64,000 nucleotides of DNA from Candidatus Latescibacterota bacterium (GTDB lineage: Bacteria; Latescibacterota; UBA2968; UBA8231), in NCBI GenBank assembly GCA_965204725.1, contig OZ242005.1, positions 544,001 through 608,000 on the forward strand. The letters are read 5' to 3'. The position numbers and the translations under genes are program-made. This document shows positions 29,392 to 39,034 of the stretch, piece after piece. The notes below the pieces were generated by a model. That model was not told where the DNA came from, searched no databases, and worked only from the letters and a program-made list of their open reading frames with translations. Position 1 is the stretch's first letter. Every line of letters begins with the position of its first letter.

Positions 29392-30515
29392 CCCCCTTCG
29401 ACTTTGATCCGTCCATCCGCGTAGTCTTTGGCGCCGGCACCTTGGGGCAGCTAGGCGACCTCGCCCGCGCGTTGGCTGGCCCCCGCGCCCTGCTCGTAAC
29501 CGACCCCGGTCTCGTTCAAGCCGGCCGCGCCGAACAGGCCCAACACGCCCTACAAAACGCCGGCCTAACGACAATCCTGTTCGCCTCTGTCGCGGAAAAC
29601 CCCACGACCGAACACGTAGCCGCAGGCGTCCATCACGCCCGCGCTCACGGCCCCATCGATCTAATCGTCGCTTTGGGCGGCGGCAGCGCGATGGATTGCG
29701 CCAAGGGCATCAACTTCCTGCTGACCAACGGCGGCCAAATGCAGGACTACCGGGGCTACGGCAAAACCACCCAGCCCATGCTGCCCTCCATCGGCATCCC
29801 CACCACGGCCGGCACCGGAAGTGAAGCCCAATCCTACGCCCTGATTACCTGCGCCAACACCCGGGCCAAGATGGCCTGCGGCGACCGCCGAGCGCACTTT
29901 TGCATCGCCATCCTCGACCCGAACCTGCTGGCCAGTACGCCCCAGCCCGTGCGCGCCGACGCCGGTATGGACGCCCTCTCCCACGCCATCGAAAGCTACG
30001 TCTCCACCCGCGGTACGCCGCTCTCGCAAATGTTCGCCAGCCAAGCCTGGGAACTGCTCGCGCCCCACTACGCGGCGATTGTCGCGGATCCCCAAAACGC
30101 CGCCCACGCCATGCTCTTGGGTGCTCACCTAGCCGGCACGGCCATTGAAAACTCCATGCTCGGCGCCGCCCACGCCACCGCCAACCCCCTCACCGCCCGC
30201 TACCCGCTCTCCCACGGCCGCGCTGTGGCCCTGATGCTGCCGCACGTAATCCGCTTGAACGCCCCGGCGGTGGACGATCTATACGGCGAGCTTTGCGCCA
30301 AAATCCAACTCAAGGGCCGCGCCCTCGCGCTCGCCGCTCATCTCGAAGAACTGCGTGCTATGGTGGGACTACCGCATCGGCTCGCCGATTGTCAAGTCGC
30401 GGCAAGCGACCTACCCGCCATGGCCCGAGAAGCCGCCGGCCAATGGACCGGCACCTTCAACCCGCTCCCCCTGCGAGAAGCGGATTTCCTGCGGCTTTAC
30501 GAGACGGCGTTTTGA
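29388..30515 (+). CDS. Iron-containing alcohol dehydrogenase
   Basis: ENP, GGGSAMDCAKG, PTTAGTGSE, DALSHAIES, GAAHA, HGRA. Confidence 0.92.
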   Translation: MTPFDFDPSIRVVFGAGTLGQLGDLARALAGPRALLVTDPGLVQAGRAEQAQHALQNAGLTTILFASVAENPTTEHVAAGVHHARAHGPIDLIVALGGGSAMDCAKGINFLLTNGGQMQDYRGYGKTTQPMLPSIGIPTTAGTGSEAQSYALITCANTRAKMACGDRRAHFCIAILDPNLLASTPQPVRADAGMDALSHAIESYVSTRGTPLSQMFASQAWELLAPHYAAIVADPQNAAHAMLLGAHLAGTAIENSMLGAAHATANPLTARYPLSHGRAVALMLPHVIRLNAPAVDDLYGELCAKIQLKGRALALAAHLEELRAMVGLPHRLADCQVAASDLPAMAREAAGQWTGTFNPLPLREADFLRLYETAF

Positions 30516-31756
30516 GGATAAGTATCCCCCACAGAATCTGCCGCGTCCTGTTCTATGTCGGCGGGAATGTGTTGTTATTCGCCTTGACTTGGGTATTTAT
30601 CGCGGTGGTCGGCGAAGTCTGGTTGCGACTACAGCGGCCTTTCCTGCATAGTAATCGGCCCATGCACTTTGTCCCGAAAGTGGGCCGGATGACCCAACCC
30701 AATGCGGAAGTGCGCGAGACGAATCGACATGATTACTGGACGGTCTCGCACACCAATGGCCATGGCTTTATCGACCGCGAACCCATCCCTCCTGAGCGCG
30801 CCGCGGCAAGCTGCCACATCGCCTTGATCGGCGATTCCTTTGTCGCCGCTGGGCAAGTACCCATCGTCGATAAATCGCACGTCCGGCTCGAAGCACTCGC
30901 CGCCCAAGTGCTGCCCGAGCTAGACGTTACCACCTCGGCATTTGGCCTCGGTGGCACCGGTCAGATCAACCAACTGCCGTTCTACGACGAATTTGCCCGA
31001 CGTCTGCGGCCCAAACTGGTGGTGCTCGTGTTTGTAGCCAACGATTTCACTGACAATTCCTCGGTCTTGAAGAGCCTGGTCTATAGATGGGATCCAGACC
31101 GAATGCCGTGGGTATCCGCCCGCCGAGACGCCGATGGCCGCATGAGGCTGCTCCCGCCCGACCCCGACGGTGGACGACCGCTGCCCGCTGCGAGACCCCC
31201 GCCCTATAACCCTGTGAAGCGCGTACTCAAGCGTGCGTCGCGGCATTCCTATTTCGCGAATTGGTTGGATGCCAAGCTCAGTAGGCTCGGGGTGTTTCCT
31301 TCTTACGACATAGCCGAAAAGTTGCGCCAACGCCCCGGTTACGCATCGTTGTTGGGCGGCTGGCAACCCACGCCGGGGCAGCACGTAGATTCGATATTCA
31401 ACCAAAAGGACCTGCCGCCGTTTTTCGAGGCCGCCTTGGACTTCACGGCTTTCGGCTTAGATCAGTTCAAGCAACGCGCCGACCGCGACGGGGCATCGTT
31501 GGCGATCCTATCCACCCACACGATGGGGACCCGCGGCGACCCTGCTTATGACCGCATGCACGCCTTGGCCACCGTGCGGGGGATTCCCGTCATTGACCAG
31601 TCCGCCTACATTCGCCGCCAAGGTGCGGAGCCCAAGGATGCACGTTGGCGGCACGACTTCCATTGGAACGCCGCCGGTCACCAGTGGGCGGCCGAAGCCT
31701 TGAGCGAATACCTCAAGCGGAACCCAGCCATCTGCCGAGCGGCCAAGCCGCGCTGA
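30512..31756 (+). CDS. Membrane-anchored SGNH/GDSL-like hydrolase, copy 1
   Basis: N-terminal TM helix; IGDSFV, AND and DFHWN..GH; TTGA overlap with the ADH stop; close paralog at 32941. Confidence 0.7.
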   Translation: MRISIPHRICRVLFYVGGNVLLFALTWVFIAVVGEVWLRLQRPFLHSNRPMHFVPKVGRMTQPNAEVRETNRHDYWTVSHTNGHGFIDREPIPPERAAASCHIALIGDSFVAAGQVPIVDKSHVRLEALAAQVLPELDVTTSAFGLGGTGQINQLPFYDEFARRLRPKLVVLVFVANDFTDNSSVLKSLVYRWDPDRMPWVSARRDADGRMRLLPPDPDGGRPLPAARPPPYNPVKRVLKRASRHSYFANWLDAKLSRLGVFPSYDIAEKLRQRPGYASLLGGWQPTPGQHVDSIFNQKDLPPFFEAALDFTAFGLDQFKQRADRDGASLAILSTHTMGTRGDPAYDRMHALATVRGIPVIDQSAYIRRQGAEPKDARWRHDFHWNAAGHQWAAEALSEYLKRNPAICRAAKPR

Positions 31757-31779
31757 CTTCTAATCTACTTTCCCCCAAT

Positions 31780-32883
31780 ATGCCACTCTACTTCCTAGCT
31801 CTTCTCCTATTCACTACCGCCGCCGCCGACACTTGGAACTCCTTTCGCGGCAACCCCCAACTCACCGGCGTCGCCTCCGCCAACCTCGCTCCACCCCTAA
31901 CGCTGCTCTGGGCCTATTCCACTCAAGACGCGATTGAATCCACCGCTGCCCTTGGCGCGGGCCGGGTGTACGTCGGCGCGCTCAACGGCCAGCTCTATGC
32001 TCTCGATTTGCACACCGGCGCGTTAGTGTGGCAGTACCAAGCCGACGGCGAGATCAAGTCCTCCCCCACCGTGGCCGACAGCACCGTGTACTTCGGCGAC
32101 GAAGCCGGCACCTTCCACGCCATCGCCACCCAGAGCGGGCGGCGGCGCTGGACTTTCGCCGCCGACGCGGGCATCACCTCCTCGGCCAACTACGCCGACG
32201 GCCGGCTCTACTTCGGCAGCTATGACCAGCATCTGTACTGCCTCAATGCCGCTGCCGGGACCCTAATTTGGAAAGTCGCCACCGAGGGATATATTCACGG
32301 TACGCCAGCGCTGTACGAAGATCGCGTGGCTGTGGCTGGTTGCGACGGGTACTTGCGGCTTTTGGACCGCACCGACGGTACGCAGCACCAGCAGCTCGCG
32401 CTCGGCGGGTACGTAGCCTCCAGCGCCGCCATCCACGCGGGCCGTGCGTACCTAGGCACCTTTGGCAACGAAGTACTAGGCGTTGATTTGGGCGCGGGAA
32501 AAATCGGCTGGCGCTACGCTCATGCGGTGCGGAAATTCCCGTTTTACTCGTCGCCAGCCGTGGCCGATCAAGCACTCGTCATTGGCGGCCGGGACAAGCT
32601 CCTGCATGCCCTCGACCCGCAAACCGGCCAACTCTTATGGACCGTTGCCGCGGGAGCGCGGGTGGATTCATCGCCGGTCATCGCCGGCGAGTACCTCTAC
32701 GTAGGAGCCGATGCGCTCCTCGCCCTCGCCCTCGCCTCGGGCGAGGAGGTCTGGCGCTTTGAAACGGGCGCGGCCGTTGCCGCGTCGCCGGCCATTGCCG
32801 CGGGTCGGCTCGTCATTGGTGCCACCGATGGGGTGCTGTATTGTTTCGGGCGCGAGCGCACCCAGTTGAAATTCTCAAAGTGA
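31780..32883 (+). CDS. Secreted PQQ-like (BamB-type) beta-propeller protein
   Basis: Signal peptide, WNSFRGN, repeated SSP.V.D..VY.G...G.LYALD..TG...W. Confidence 0.85.
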   Translation: MPLYFLALLLFTTAAADTWNSFRGNPQLTGVASANLAPPLTLLWAYSTQDAIESTAALGAGRVYVGALNGQLYALDLHTGALVWQYQADGEIKSSPTVADSTVYFGDEAGTFHAIATQSGRRRWTFAADAGITSSANYADGRLYFGSYDQHLYCLNAAAGTLIWKVATEGYIHGTPALYEDRVAVAGCDGYLRLLDRTDGTQHQQLALGGYVASSAAIHAGRAYLGTFGNEVLGVDLGAGKIGWRYAHAVRKFPFYSSPAVADQALVIGGRDKLLHALDPQTGQLLWTVAAGARVDSSPVIAGEYLYVGADALLALALASGEEVWRFETGAAVAASPAIAAGRLVIGATDGVLYCFGRERTQLKFSK

Positions 32884-32940
32884 CCCACTACTGACCGATC
32901 GTTAAGGTATATTACGTAAGTGATTGTTTTTAATAAATTT

Positions 32941-34188
32941 ATGAAGTGGGGGGGGGGATGCCCCCGCAAAATCTGCCGCGTCCTGTTTTGGGTCGGCGGA
33001 AACGTGTTATTGTTCGCCTTGACTTGGGCGTTTATCGCGGTGGTCGGCGAAGTCTGGTTGCGGTTGTTGCAGCGGCCTTTCCAGCATAAGAGTCGGCCCA
33101 CGCACTTTGTCCCGAAGGTGGGCTGGATGATCAAACCCAACGCGGAAGTGCGCGCGACGAACCGCCTTGATTACTGGACGGTCTCGCGCACCAATAGCGA
33201 TGGCTTTCTCGACCGCGAACCCATTCCCCCTGAGCGCGCCACGGCAAGCTGCCACATCGCCCTGATCGGCGATTCCTTCGTCGCCGCCGAGGAAGTGCCC
33301 ATCGCCGATAAATCGCACCTCCGGCTCGAAGCGCTCGCCGCCCGAGCACTGACCGAGCTAGACATTACCACCTCGGCGTTTGGGAAACGTGCCACCGGCC
33401 AGATCAACCAACTGCCGTTGTACGACGAGTTTGCCCGGCGGCGGCGTCCCAAGCTGGTGGTGCTCGTATTTGTACTCAACGACTTCATGGACAACTCCTC
33501 GGTCTTGAAGAGCCTGTGGCGTGGATGGGATCCAGACCGGATGCCGTGGGTGTCCGCCCGCCGAGACGCCGAGGGCCGCATAAAACTGCTCCCGCCTGCT
33601 CCCGACGGTTGGCGACAGCGGCCTCAGCCATATCTTGTGAAGCGCATGCTGATAACCGCGTCTTGGTATTCCTATTTCGCGAATTGGTTGGATGCCAAGC
33701 TCAAGGTCGCTAGGATCGGTCAGTATTCTTACGACTGGGTGGAAGAGTTGCGCCAGCGCCCCGGTCCGGTATATGAATCGTTGTTGGGCGGCTGGCAACC
33801 CAAGGCGGGACAGCGCATAGATTTGATATTCAACCACAAGGACCTGCCGCCGTTTTTCAAGGCGGCCTTGGACTTCACGGCCTTCGGCTTAGATCAATTC
33901 AAGCAACGCGCCGACCGCGACGGGGTGTCGTTGGTGATCCTATCCACCTACACGATGGGAACCCGCGGCAACCCTGCTTATGACCGCATGTACGCCTTGG
34001 CCTCAGCGCGGGGAATTCCCGTCATTGACCAGTACGACTACATCCTCAGCCAAGGTGCCGAGATCAAGGATGCACATTGGTCGCGCGACGCCCATTGGAA
34101 CGCCGCCGGTCACCAGTGGGCGGCCGAAGCCTTGCTCGAATACCTCAAGCGGAACCCAGCGGTCTGCCGAGCGTCCAAGCCGCGCTGA
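32941..34188 (+). CDS. Membrane-anchored SGNH/GDSL-like hydrolase, copy 2
   Basis: Same motifs as copy 1 (GDSFV, LND, DAHWN..GH); colinear high similarity; G10 tract at 32948-32957. Confidence 0.7.
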   Translation: MKWGGGCPRKICRVLFWVGGNVLLFALTWAFIAVVGEVWLRLLQRPFQHKSRPTHFVPKVGWMIKPNAEVRATNRLDYWTVSRTNSDGFLDREPIPPERATASCHIALIGDSFVAAEEVPIADKSHLRLEALAARALTELDITTSAFGKRATGQINQLPLYDEFARRRRPKLVVLVFVLNDFMDNSSVLKSLWRGWDPDRMPWVSARRDAEGRIKLLPPAPDGWRQRPQPYLVKRMLITASWYSYFANWLDAKLKVARIGQYSYDWVEELRQRPGPVYESLLGGWQPKAGQRIDLIFNHKDLPPFFKAALDFTAFGLDQFKQRADRDGVSLVILSTYTMGTRGNPAYDRMYALASARGIPVIDQYDYILSQGAEIKDAHWSRDAHWNAAGHQWAAEALLEYLKRNPAVCRASKPR

Positions 34189-34247
34189 TTGCAACGCAAA
34201 GAAAACGGCCTCTTTCCCAGCGGCGAGATTATCGCTACAATTTTCTT

Positions 34248-35579
34248 ATGAATAAAAACGACCCGGCAACCACGCGCACCAACCGCCCCGAAACCGAGGT
34301 AGGCAGTGTTTTTGTCTCCAACTATCCGGCCTACTCGTTTTGGGGCGAAGCGGATGTCCCGCAGGCGCACCGCGCCCTCGCCGACCCACCGCGCCCCGAC
34401 ACCCAGCTCGGCCTTTACCTCCACATCCCCTTCTGCCGCAAGCGCTGCAAGTTTTGCTACTTCCGCGTTTATACCGACAAAAACAGCGAGCAGATCCAAA
34501 CCTATCTCGACGCCCTCGCCCGCGAGGTCGAACACTACGCCCAGCAGCCAGCAATCAAGGACCGGCCCCTGCACTTTATCTACTTTGGCGGCGGCACCCC
34601 CTCCTACATCAGCTCGCGCCACCTGCGCTCCTTAGTCCAGCGTCTCAAGGACGCCATGCCTTGGGACCGCGCCGACGAAATCGCCTTTGAATGCGAGCCG
34701 GGGACTCTAACCCAAGCCAAATTGGAAGCCATCCGCAGCATCGGCGTCACCCGCCTCAGCTTAGGGATAGAAAACCTCGACGACGCGATTCTACGCCACA
34801 ACGGCCGCGCCCACGTCAGCAAGGAAATTTACCAAGTCATGCCTTGGATCCACGCGCTCGGCTTCGATCAGGTCAATGTCGATCTAATCGCCGGCATGGT
34901 CGGCGAGGCTTGGCCGAGCTGGCGTCAGACCGTGCAACAGACCATCGCGCTCAACCCCGACAGCGTCACCGTCTATCAGATGGAGTTGCCCTACAACACG
35001 CTCTACTCCAAGGGCCTGCTCGCGGGCGACGGCGAGCCGCTGGCCTTGGCCAACTGGAAGACCAAGCGCGCCTATCACGCCTATGCCTTCGAGCAATTAG
35101 CCGCCGCTGGCTACGTGCGTTCAAGTGCCTACACCATGAAGAAAACGCCCGACGCCCGCTTTGCGTACCGCGACGCGGTGTGGACCGGCCAAGACCTAAT
35201 CGGCACGGGCGTTGCCTCCTTCTCGCATCTGAGCGGAGTTCACTATCAGAACGCGCCACACTGGGACTCCTACCTCGCCGCTGTCCACCGCGGCGACCTC
35301 CCCATTCACCGCGCCTTCGCCACCGACCGCGAAGAGCAACTGACCCGCGAGGTGATTTTGCAACTCAAATTGGGCGCGCTGGACCCCGCGTATTTTCGCG
35401 CCAAATTCGGGGTCGATATTGCCGTTCACTTTGCTGCGGCACTCAGCGGCCTGCGCGACGAGGGCCTGCTCCATTTCGATGCGACCTCAATCGCCTTGAC
35501 CGACGAGGGCCTCATGCGCGTCGATCAGTTGCTGCCCGACTTGTACCAACCCAAATACCGCAACGCACGCTATACCTGA
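34248..35579 (+). CDS. HemN-like (coproporphyrinogen III oxidase family) radical SAM protein
   Basis: LYLHIPFCRKRCKFCYF (CxxxCxxC), YFGGGTP, RLSLGIE, NVDLIAG, C-terminal HemN_C-like domain. Confidence 0.88.
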   Translation: MNKNDPATTRTNRPETEVGSVFVSNYPAYSFWGEADVPQAHRALADPPRPDTQLGLYLHIPFCRKRCKFCYFRVYTDKNSEQIQTYLDALAREVEHYAQQPAIKDRPLHFIYFGGGTPSYISSRHLRSLVQRLKDAMPWDRADEIAFECEPGTLTQAKLEAIRSIGVTRLSLGIENLDDAILRHNGRAHVSKEIYQVMPWIHALGFDQVNVDLIAGMVGEAWPSWRQTVQQTIALNPDSVTVYQMELPYNTLYSKGLLAGDGEPLALANWKTKRAYHAYAFEQLAAAGYVRSSAYTMKKTPDARFAYRDAVWTGQDLIGTGVASFSHLSGVHYQNAPHWDSYLAAVHRGDLPIHRAFATDREEQLTREVILQLKLGALDPAYFRAKFGVDIAVHFAAALSGLRDEGLLHFDATSIALTDEGLMRVDQLLPDLYQPKYRNARYT

Positions 35580-35597
35580 ACCTAATAGGAGGTAGCA

Positions 35598-36833
35598 GTG
35601 AAAAACGCGATCGCACTTCTGCTCTTAACCGCGGCGGCCCAAGCGGCCGACTGGCCCCAATGGCGCGGCCCTGAGCGCGACGGCATTTCCCGCGAAACCG
35701 GCCTTTTCACCGCCGAGCAACCTTTTGCCGAAGCATGGCGCACCCCCCTCGGCCGGGGCTTTTCTGGCATCGCCATTGCCGACGACCGGGTCTTTACCAT
35801 GTTCGCCCAAGGGGACGACGAGTTCGCCGTTTGCCTCGACGCCCACACCGGCGAGGAGCGCTGGCGCTTCCGCACCGGCCCGTACTACACAGAAACCCAA
35901 GGCGGCGACGGCCCGCGCTCAACGCCCACGGTCGATGGCGAGCTCGTCTATGTGCTCGGCGCGCACGGCCAGCTCTACGCCCTATCGGCCGACAGCGGCG
36001 CCAAGATGTGGGAAAAGGACTTGGTCGCCGAGTTTGACAGCAAAGTACCGCGGTGGGGGTTTAGTACTTCCCCCTTAGTCGAGGGGAATTTGCTCCTGGT
36101 CGAAGCCGGCGGCGTCAACAGCAACTTCCTCGTCGAAATGGTCGTCGACCGCCGGGCGTCAGCCACGGTCATCGCCTTCGACAAGGCCAGCGGCCAAACC
36201 GCTTGGACCGCCCTCGACGACAAGATGAGCTACTCGTCGCCCATCGCCTTTACCGCGGGCGAGCAGCGTCAACTTGCCTTTTTTACCGCGTACTCCCTGA
36301 CCGGCTTGGCCCCGGCCGACGGTCAGACCCTCTGGACGTATCCTTGGAAGACGCGCTACGACATCAACGCCGCCACTCCGATCTTCATCCCGCCCAATCG
36401 CGTCTTTATCTCCTCGGGCTATGACAAGGGCGCCGCGGTCGTGCAAATCGGCCCGGGCGAGGAGGTCGAGGAAATCTGGCGCAACAAAGCGATGAAGAAC
36501 CAATTTACCACCTCGGTGTACTACCAAGACCATCTCTACGGCTTTGACGACGCAATCCTCAAGTGCATTGACGCCCGCACCGGCGCGGAACAGTGGATGG
36601 CCCGCGGCTTCGGCAAAGGCTCCCTAATCGCCGCCGATGGCCACCTCATCCTGTTGGGCGAACAAGGCAATCTCGGCCTAGCCGAAGCCACGCCGACCGG
36701 CTTCCACGCCAAGGCCAGCTATCCCGCCTTGTACGGCCGCTGCTGGACAGCCCCTTCGCTGGCCGATGGCCGCCTCTACCTACGCGACGAAAGCGAAATA
36801 ATCTGCCTCAATATCCAAGGGGCGGCCCCATGA
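35598..36833 (+). CDS. Secreted PQQ-like beta-propeller protein
   Basis: AGGAGG RBS, signal peptide, DWPQWRGP, STPTVDG, YSSP, WTAPSLADGRLYLR. Confidence 0.85.
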   Translation: MKNAIALLLLTAAAQAADWPQWRGPERDGISRETGLFTAEQPFAEAWRTPLGRGFSGIAIADDRVFTMFAQGDDEFAVCLDAHTGEERWRFRTGPYYTETQGGDGPRSTPTVDGELVYVLGAHGQLYALSADSGAKMWEKDLVAEFDSKVPRWGFSTSPLVEGNLLLVEAGGVNSNFLVEMVVDRRASATVIAFDKASGQTAWTALDDKMSYSSPIAFTAGEQRQLAFFTAYSLTGLAPADGQTLWTYPWKTRYDINAATPIFIPPNRVFISSGYDKGAAVVQIGPGEEVEEIWRNKAMKNQFTTSVYYQDHLYGFDDAILKCIDARTGAEQWMARGFGKGSLIAADGHLILLGEQGNLGLAEATPTGFHAKASYPALYGRCWTAPSLADGRLYLRDESEIICLNIQGAAP

Positions 36834-39034
36834 GGAAGATCCGCGATGCGCTAGGCCGCCAAGGATCGAGGGCATCTTGCCCTCGTCGAAGACGAGACGC
36901 CCTCGATCCCGGCCACAAAGTAAGCGGCGCACCTTTCGCGCTGTGGCTCTTTGCGCTGGTGCTGACGACAACGCTCGCCCACGCCCAGCGCACAGCCGAC
37001 TCGCTCCACGTCGTCGGCGAGACCATCGTCACGGGCGCGCGCCTAGCCATCCCCCGCGCCAATGCCATCGCCACCAAGACGCCGCTGCCCCTGCGGAAAA
37101 CCCCCTTGAGCGTCGGAATCGTCCCCCAAGCCCTGATCGAAGCGCAGGACGGCGCGACGCTCTCGGACGCACTGGCCAATGTCAGCGGCGTCGGCGTCCA
37201 CACCAACTTTGGCGTCCACGACCTGTTCTACCTGCGCGGCTTTGACTCGCTCGCCAACGGCTTGGTGCTCTCCGACGGAGCACCCGAACCCGAGGCGACC
37301 TTCTATCAGCTCTACAACGTGGCCCGCGTCGAGGCCCTCAAAGGCCCGGGGGCCTTCCTCTACGGCGGCAATCCCCTGTCGGGCACCATCAACCTCGTCC
37401 GCAAGCGGCCGGTCCCGGCCAGCCACTTCGCCCGCGTCAACGCCTCGGTCGGGAGCTTCGCCACCTACCGCGCCACGCTCGACGCGGGCCGTGACGCTGT
37501 GCGCGTCAACGCCCTGTGGCAGGACTCGGAAGGCTACCGCGACGGCAAAACCAGTTCGATTCTCGCCGTAAACCCGACGCTGCGGCTGGACCTCAGCGAG
37601 CACTCGACGCTGCACCTCGACTACGAATACCTGACGAGCGAACACCGCTCCGACTCGGGGCTGCCCATCGTCAATGGCGCGCTGCCCAACGTGCCGCGCA
37701 CCCGCTCGTACCAGTCGCCCTTCGACCTCTCCACCCAGACCATCCAGCGCGTACGCGCCGATTACGAATGGCGTCTAACGCCCAATTTTACCTTGCGCGA
37801 CAAACTCTACTACACCCGCCTCGACTGGCCCTCGCAGGGCACCCTCTTCAACGGGGCCTTCCCCAATGCCGCCGGTTCGCTCGACCTCGCCCGCAGCTTG
37901 CTCGACCTCGACGATCAGCAGCGGATTGTCGGCAACCAACTCGAGGGCCTGCTCGCATTGCAAACCGGCGGCATTGAGCACCAGCTCCTCCTCGGCGTTG
38001 AGATCGCCCACCACGCGGACGACTTCACGCTCGACGTGGCGGTGCTTTCGCTGGTCGATCTGTCCACCCTCAACGCGACGTTGCCGCCGAACTTGGCCCC
38101 CTTTATGCCGGCCGAAGCCGGAACCGATTCCCTCCGGGTCCCCCTCCCCGACCAAGCGACGGCCGGCGAGACGGCGGCGCAAGTGCTGGCGTCCTACTTT
38201 GTCGATCGCATCATCGTCAGCCCGCAGTTCGAGCTTTTGCTCGGGGGCCGCTTCGACCGGATTGACTACGAAGATGTTCTCACCGCGACCGAGCGCGAGT
38301 ACCGACAGGTAAGCCCCATGCTCGGCGCGGTCTTTGCCCCCAGCCCGAGCCTTTCGCTCTACGCCAATGCGGGCCGCGCCTTTGCCCCGCCTTCCGCGCA
38401 AGTCGTCGGCGACCGCGACCCGGAGGAAAGCACGCAATACGAAGTCGGCGTCAAAGCCGCGCTGCTCAACGACCACCTCAACGTGAACCTCGCCGCCTTT
38501 CACCTCGACAAAGAGCGCATCGCCATTCCCGACGACAACGGGATTACCCAGCAACTCGGCGACCAACGCACTCGGGGCTTGGAACTCGAACTGGCAACTC
38601 GGCAGTCCCAGTGGTACGCCCAAGGCACCTATGCCTTGCTCAACGCCGAGCTGACGCACTTCCGCGAAGCCGTATTCGTCCCCACCGCCGCCGGCTTCGT
38701 TCCCCAGATATTCGACCGCACGGGCAACGTGCCGGCCTTCGCCCCCGAGCATCTTTTGACGCTGTGGGCGGCCCGCGACTTGGGTGAAAATCTCACTGTG
38801 GCGGCTGGCATCCGCTACGTCGATAGCCAGTTCGTGGCCGAGGACAATGTCTATGAAATCGACGGCGCGCTGACGCTCAACTGTGGGCTGACCTACCGGC
38901 GGGGGCCGGGGCTTTTGCGGCTAAACCTCAAGAATGCGACCGGCCGCGAATACGAGACCCGGGGCTTCGGCAGCACCTCGGTCATCCCGGCGGCCCCATT
39001 CTCCTTCAAAGCAACCCTAGGATATTCGCTATGA
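36830..39034 (+). CDS. TonB-dependent receptor (siderophore-receptor-like)
   Basis: ETIVTG TonB box-like, ATKTPLP...TP.SV, RGF, RVEALKGPG..LYG...GTINLV plug; C-terminal LKNA..Y and GYSL. Confidence 0.9.
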   Translation: MRKIRDALGRQGSRASCPRRRRDALDPGHKVSGAPFALWLFALVLTTTLAHAQRTADSLHVVGETIVTGARLAIPRANAIATKTPLPLRKTPLSVGIVPQALIEAQDGATLSDALANVSGVGVHTNFGVHDLFYLRGFDSLANGLVLSDGAPEPEATFYQLYNVARVEALKGPGAFLYGGNPLSGTINLVRKRPVPASHFARVNASVGSFATYRATLDAGRDAVRVNALWQDSEGYRDGKTSSILAVNPTLRLDLSEHSTLHLDYEYLTSEHRSDSGLPIVNGALPNVPRTRSYQSPFDLSTQTIQRVRADYEWRLTPNFTLRDKLYYTRLDWPSQGTLFNGAFPNAAGSLDLARSLLDLDDQQRIVGNQLEGLLALQTGGIEHQLLLGVEIAHHADDFTLDVAVLSLVDLSTLNATLPPNLAPFMPAEAGTDSLRVPLPDQATAGETAAQVLASYFVDRIIVSPQFELLLGGRFDRIDYEDVLTATEREYRQVSPMLGAVFAPSPSLSLYANAGRAFAPPSAQVVGDRDPEESTQYEVGVKAALLNDHLNVNLAAFHLDKERIAIPDDNGITQQLGDQRTRGLELELATRQSQWYAQGTYALLNAELTHFREAVFVPTAAGFVPQIFDRTGNVPAFAPEHLLTLWAARDLGENLTVAAGIRYVDSQFVAEDNVYEIDGALTLNCGLTYRRGPGLLRLNLKNATGREYETRGFGSTSVIPAAPFSFKATLGYSL
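36863..36909. repeat. REP-like palindrome inside the 5' coding region of the TonB receptor
   Basis: GGATCGAGGGC...GCCCTCGATCC inverted arms with an inner GAGGGCATCTTGCCCTC hairpin. Confidence 0.55.

Noticed and set aside
30512-34188. Diversity-generating retroelement template/variable repeat pair
   Set aside because: Similarity covers whole genes, differences are not confined to adenines, and no reverse transcriptase is present.
34248-35579. Assigning the gene symbol hemN or hemW
   Set aside because: The family is clear, but the context and divergent N-terminus do not support the specific function.
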